DNA of 64,000 nucleotides. It comes from Antedon mediterranea (taxonomy: Eukaryota > Animalia > Echinodermata). Location: assembly GCF_964355755.1 (NCBI RefSeq), contig NC_092672.1, positions 12,586,001-12,650,000 on the forward strand, written 5' to 3'. How positions within the stretch are numbered: position 1 is the stretch's first letter; each line of letters begins with the position of its first letter. Below the pieces are notes generated by a model. The model did no database searches and was not told where the DNA came from. It saw only the letters and a program-made list of their open reading frames with translations. Shown one piece after another: positions 62,721 to 64,000 of the stretch. The translations under genes and the position numbers were made by a program.

Positions 62721-63299
62721 GATGCCTAATTTTGTTTAGATACGTATCGTGATGTTGGTTAATAAGCTTCTGATACAGTCCAAAATAACGATAATAAGAG
62801 GAATTCATTTATCTGGCATGTTAGGCCTACATTAGCATTATTGTACACTGCTCTCCCGTATCCACATTGGGTACCCATCTTGCTACGTATGTTTGACGTT
62901 CATGCAGTACGTTATTTTATATCACACATAACAGAGAGTAACTAGCGCCCTCACAATTATATGGATGCCTTGAACAGTTATGGGTTGTGATTAGTTGTGT
63001 GTTAGATGGTGATGTTTTCTTCCTGGAGGTTTTGTATTTTAAAATAATTACATATGGAAAAAAACATATATACGAGGAAAAGGGTACTTCAAGAAGAAGG
63101 ACCTAAGTGTCCACATCTCTAAGACGGCTAGTATGTCCCAAAGATTGCAACGACAATTTGCTTACCGAACGACAAAACAGGTAATTCATATGATTATTAT
63201 TCTCCACAAACGCCATCATCGTACTCCATGCCACTTGAACATGTAAGGTCAATGACAAGTGGCTAAATAATAAGGTCGACAGGGAATTTGAGTGTCGGA

Positions 63300-63790
63300 A
63301 GGAAAAGTTTAGTTTTGAGCATACTCTGTGAAATGTATGTATCCCACATGGAGAAATATATATTTCAACGGATAGAAACCAACAAATTGAAGTTTTGCCA
63401 CTAGAAAAAGTAAAATCAGTCCTGTCCTTGACTGATGTTGCTGACGCAGTAGAGGACAAAGTATTAAAAACGAACTTTAAGCAGTTCTTTTACATGGCAA
63501 TTGATGAGAGTGTTACACATTGAAGTGCATAGTAGTATCTTGCAAAGATAATTCGTCCAGACAGAGGAACCATTTTGCAGGAGCAGACGATGAGGTCTAT
63601 TGTCATTCTCAAACTGCCAGAGTAAAGAAATCTACAAGAAAGAAAATAGTTGTGCATGGTCATTCAATCCCCCAAGTCTCTTACATTGGTGGAATATAGG
63701 AACGGATGTTAGATATTGGTCGCAATATTTTAAATGCAATGGTACTTGTGTAAGAATTCTACACGTGGCATGTTTTAACTATTTGTAGTC
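63300..63790 (+). mobile_element. Degenerate hAT-like transposase fragment
   Basis: DVADAVEDKVL..FFYMAIDESV (DE[S/T]TD block), IGTD and LHVACFNY (CxxH-like) in hAT order, with stops and frameshifts. Confidence 0.5.
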
Positions 63791-64000
63791 ATATGTTAAA
63801 TAAAAACACGATAGTCTTTATTATAACACGCCTACAATACTCCCTCGTTTAATATAGTAGTCAACCTTTCAATTCATGAAATATTCTCCGCCATCCAACT
63901 TAATCTTCATTTTCGTAAAATCCACAATCAACATAATTGATTATTAAGGAAATAGAGAAGGCCTACTAGGCTCACTTTAAGTTGTGGCTGTGTAACAGTG

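Overview
AT-rich, intron-containing animal DNA. It is probably a marine invertebrate (an echinoderm is plausible but unproven) and is not prokaryotic. The main feature is a 24-coding-exon minus-strand gene (37329->15691) that I spliced by hand into one open frame of 1236 aa with canonical GT-AG sites. Its architecture is N-cap + 4 ankyrin repeats + Roc GTPase + COR + Cys/His module + C-terminal tandem death-effector-like domains, i.e. a ROCO protein built like an innate-immune/cell-death receptor. Each ankyrin repeat is a phase-0 exon inside a duplicated intron cassette. Repeat differences fall at ligand-contact positions, and remnants of lost cassettes are visible. The gene sits in a tandem array: a second copy runs off the left edge and lacks its ATG exon, and a junction at ~9335 looks like the scar of a third, fully deleted copy. 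Two paralogous genes with intronless CDSs for 3-Ig-domain type I membrane proteins lie on the + strand and share a cytoplasmic LC8-type motif. The rest is transposon debris: non-autonomous Helitrons, DINE/HINE-like elements, RTE, L2, Rex/Babar, Penelope-like and hAT fragments, MITEs and a tRNA-derived SINE. All calls are by eye; no database searches were run.
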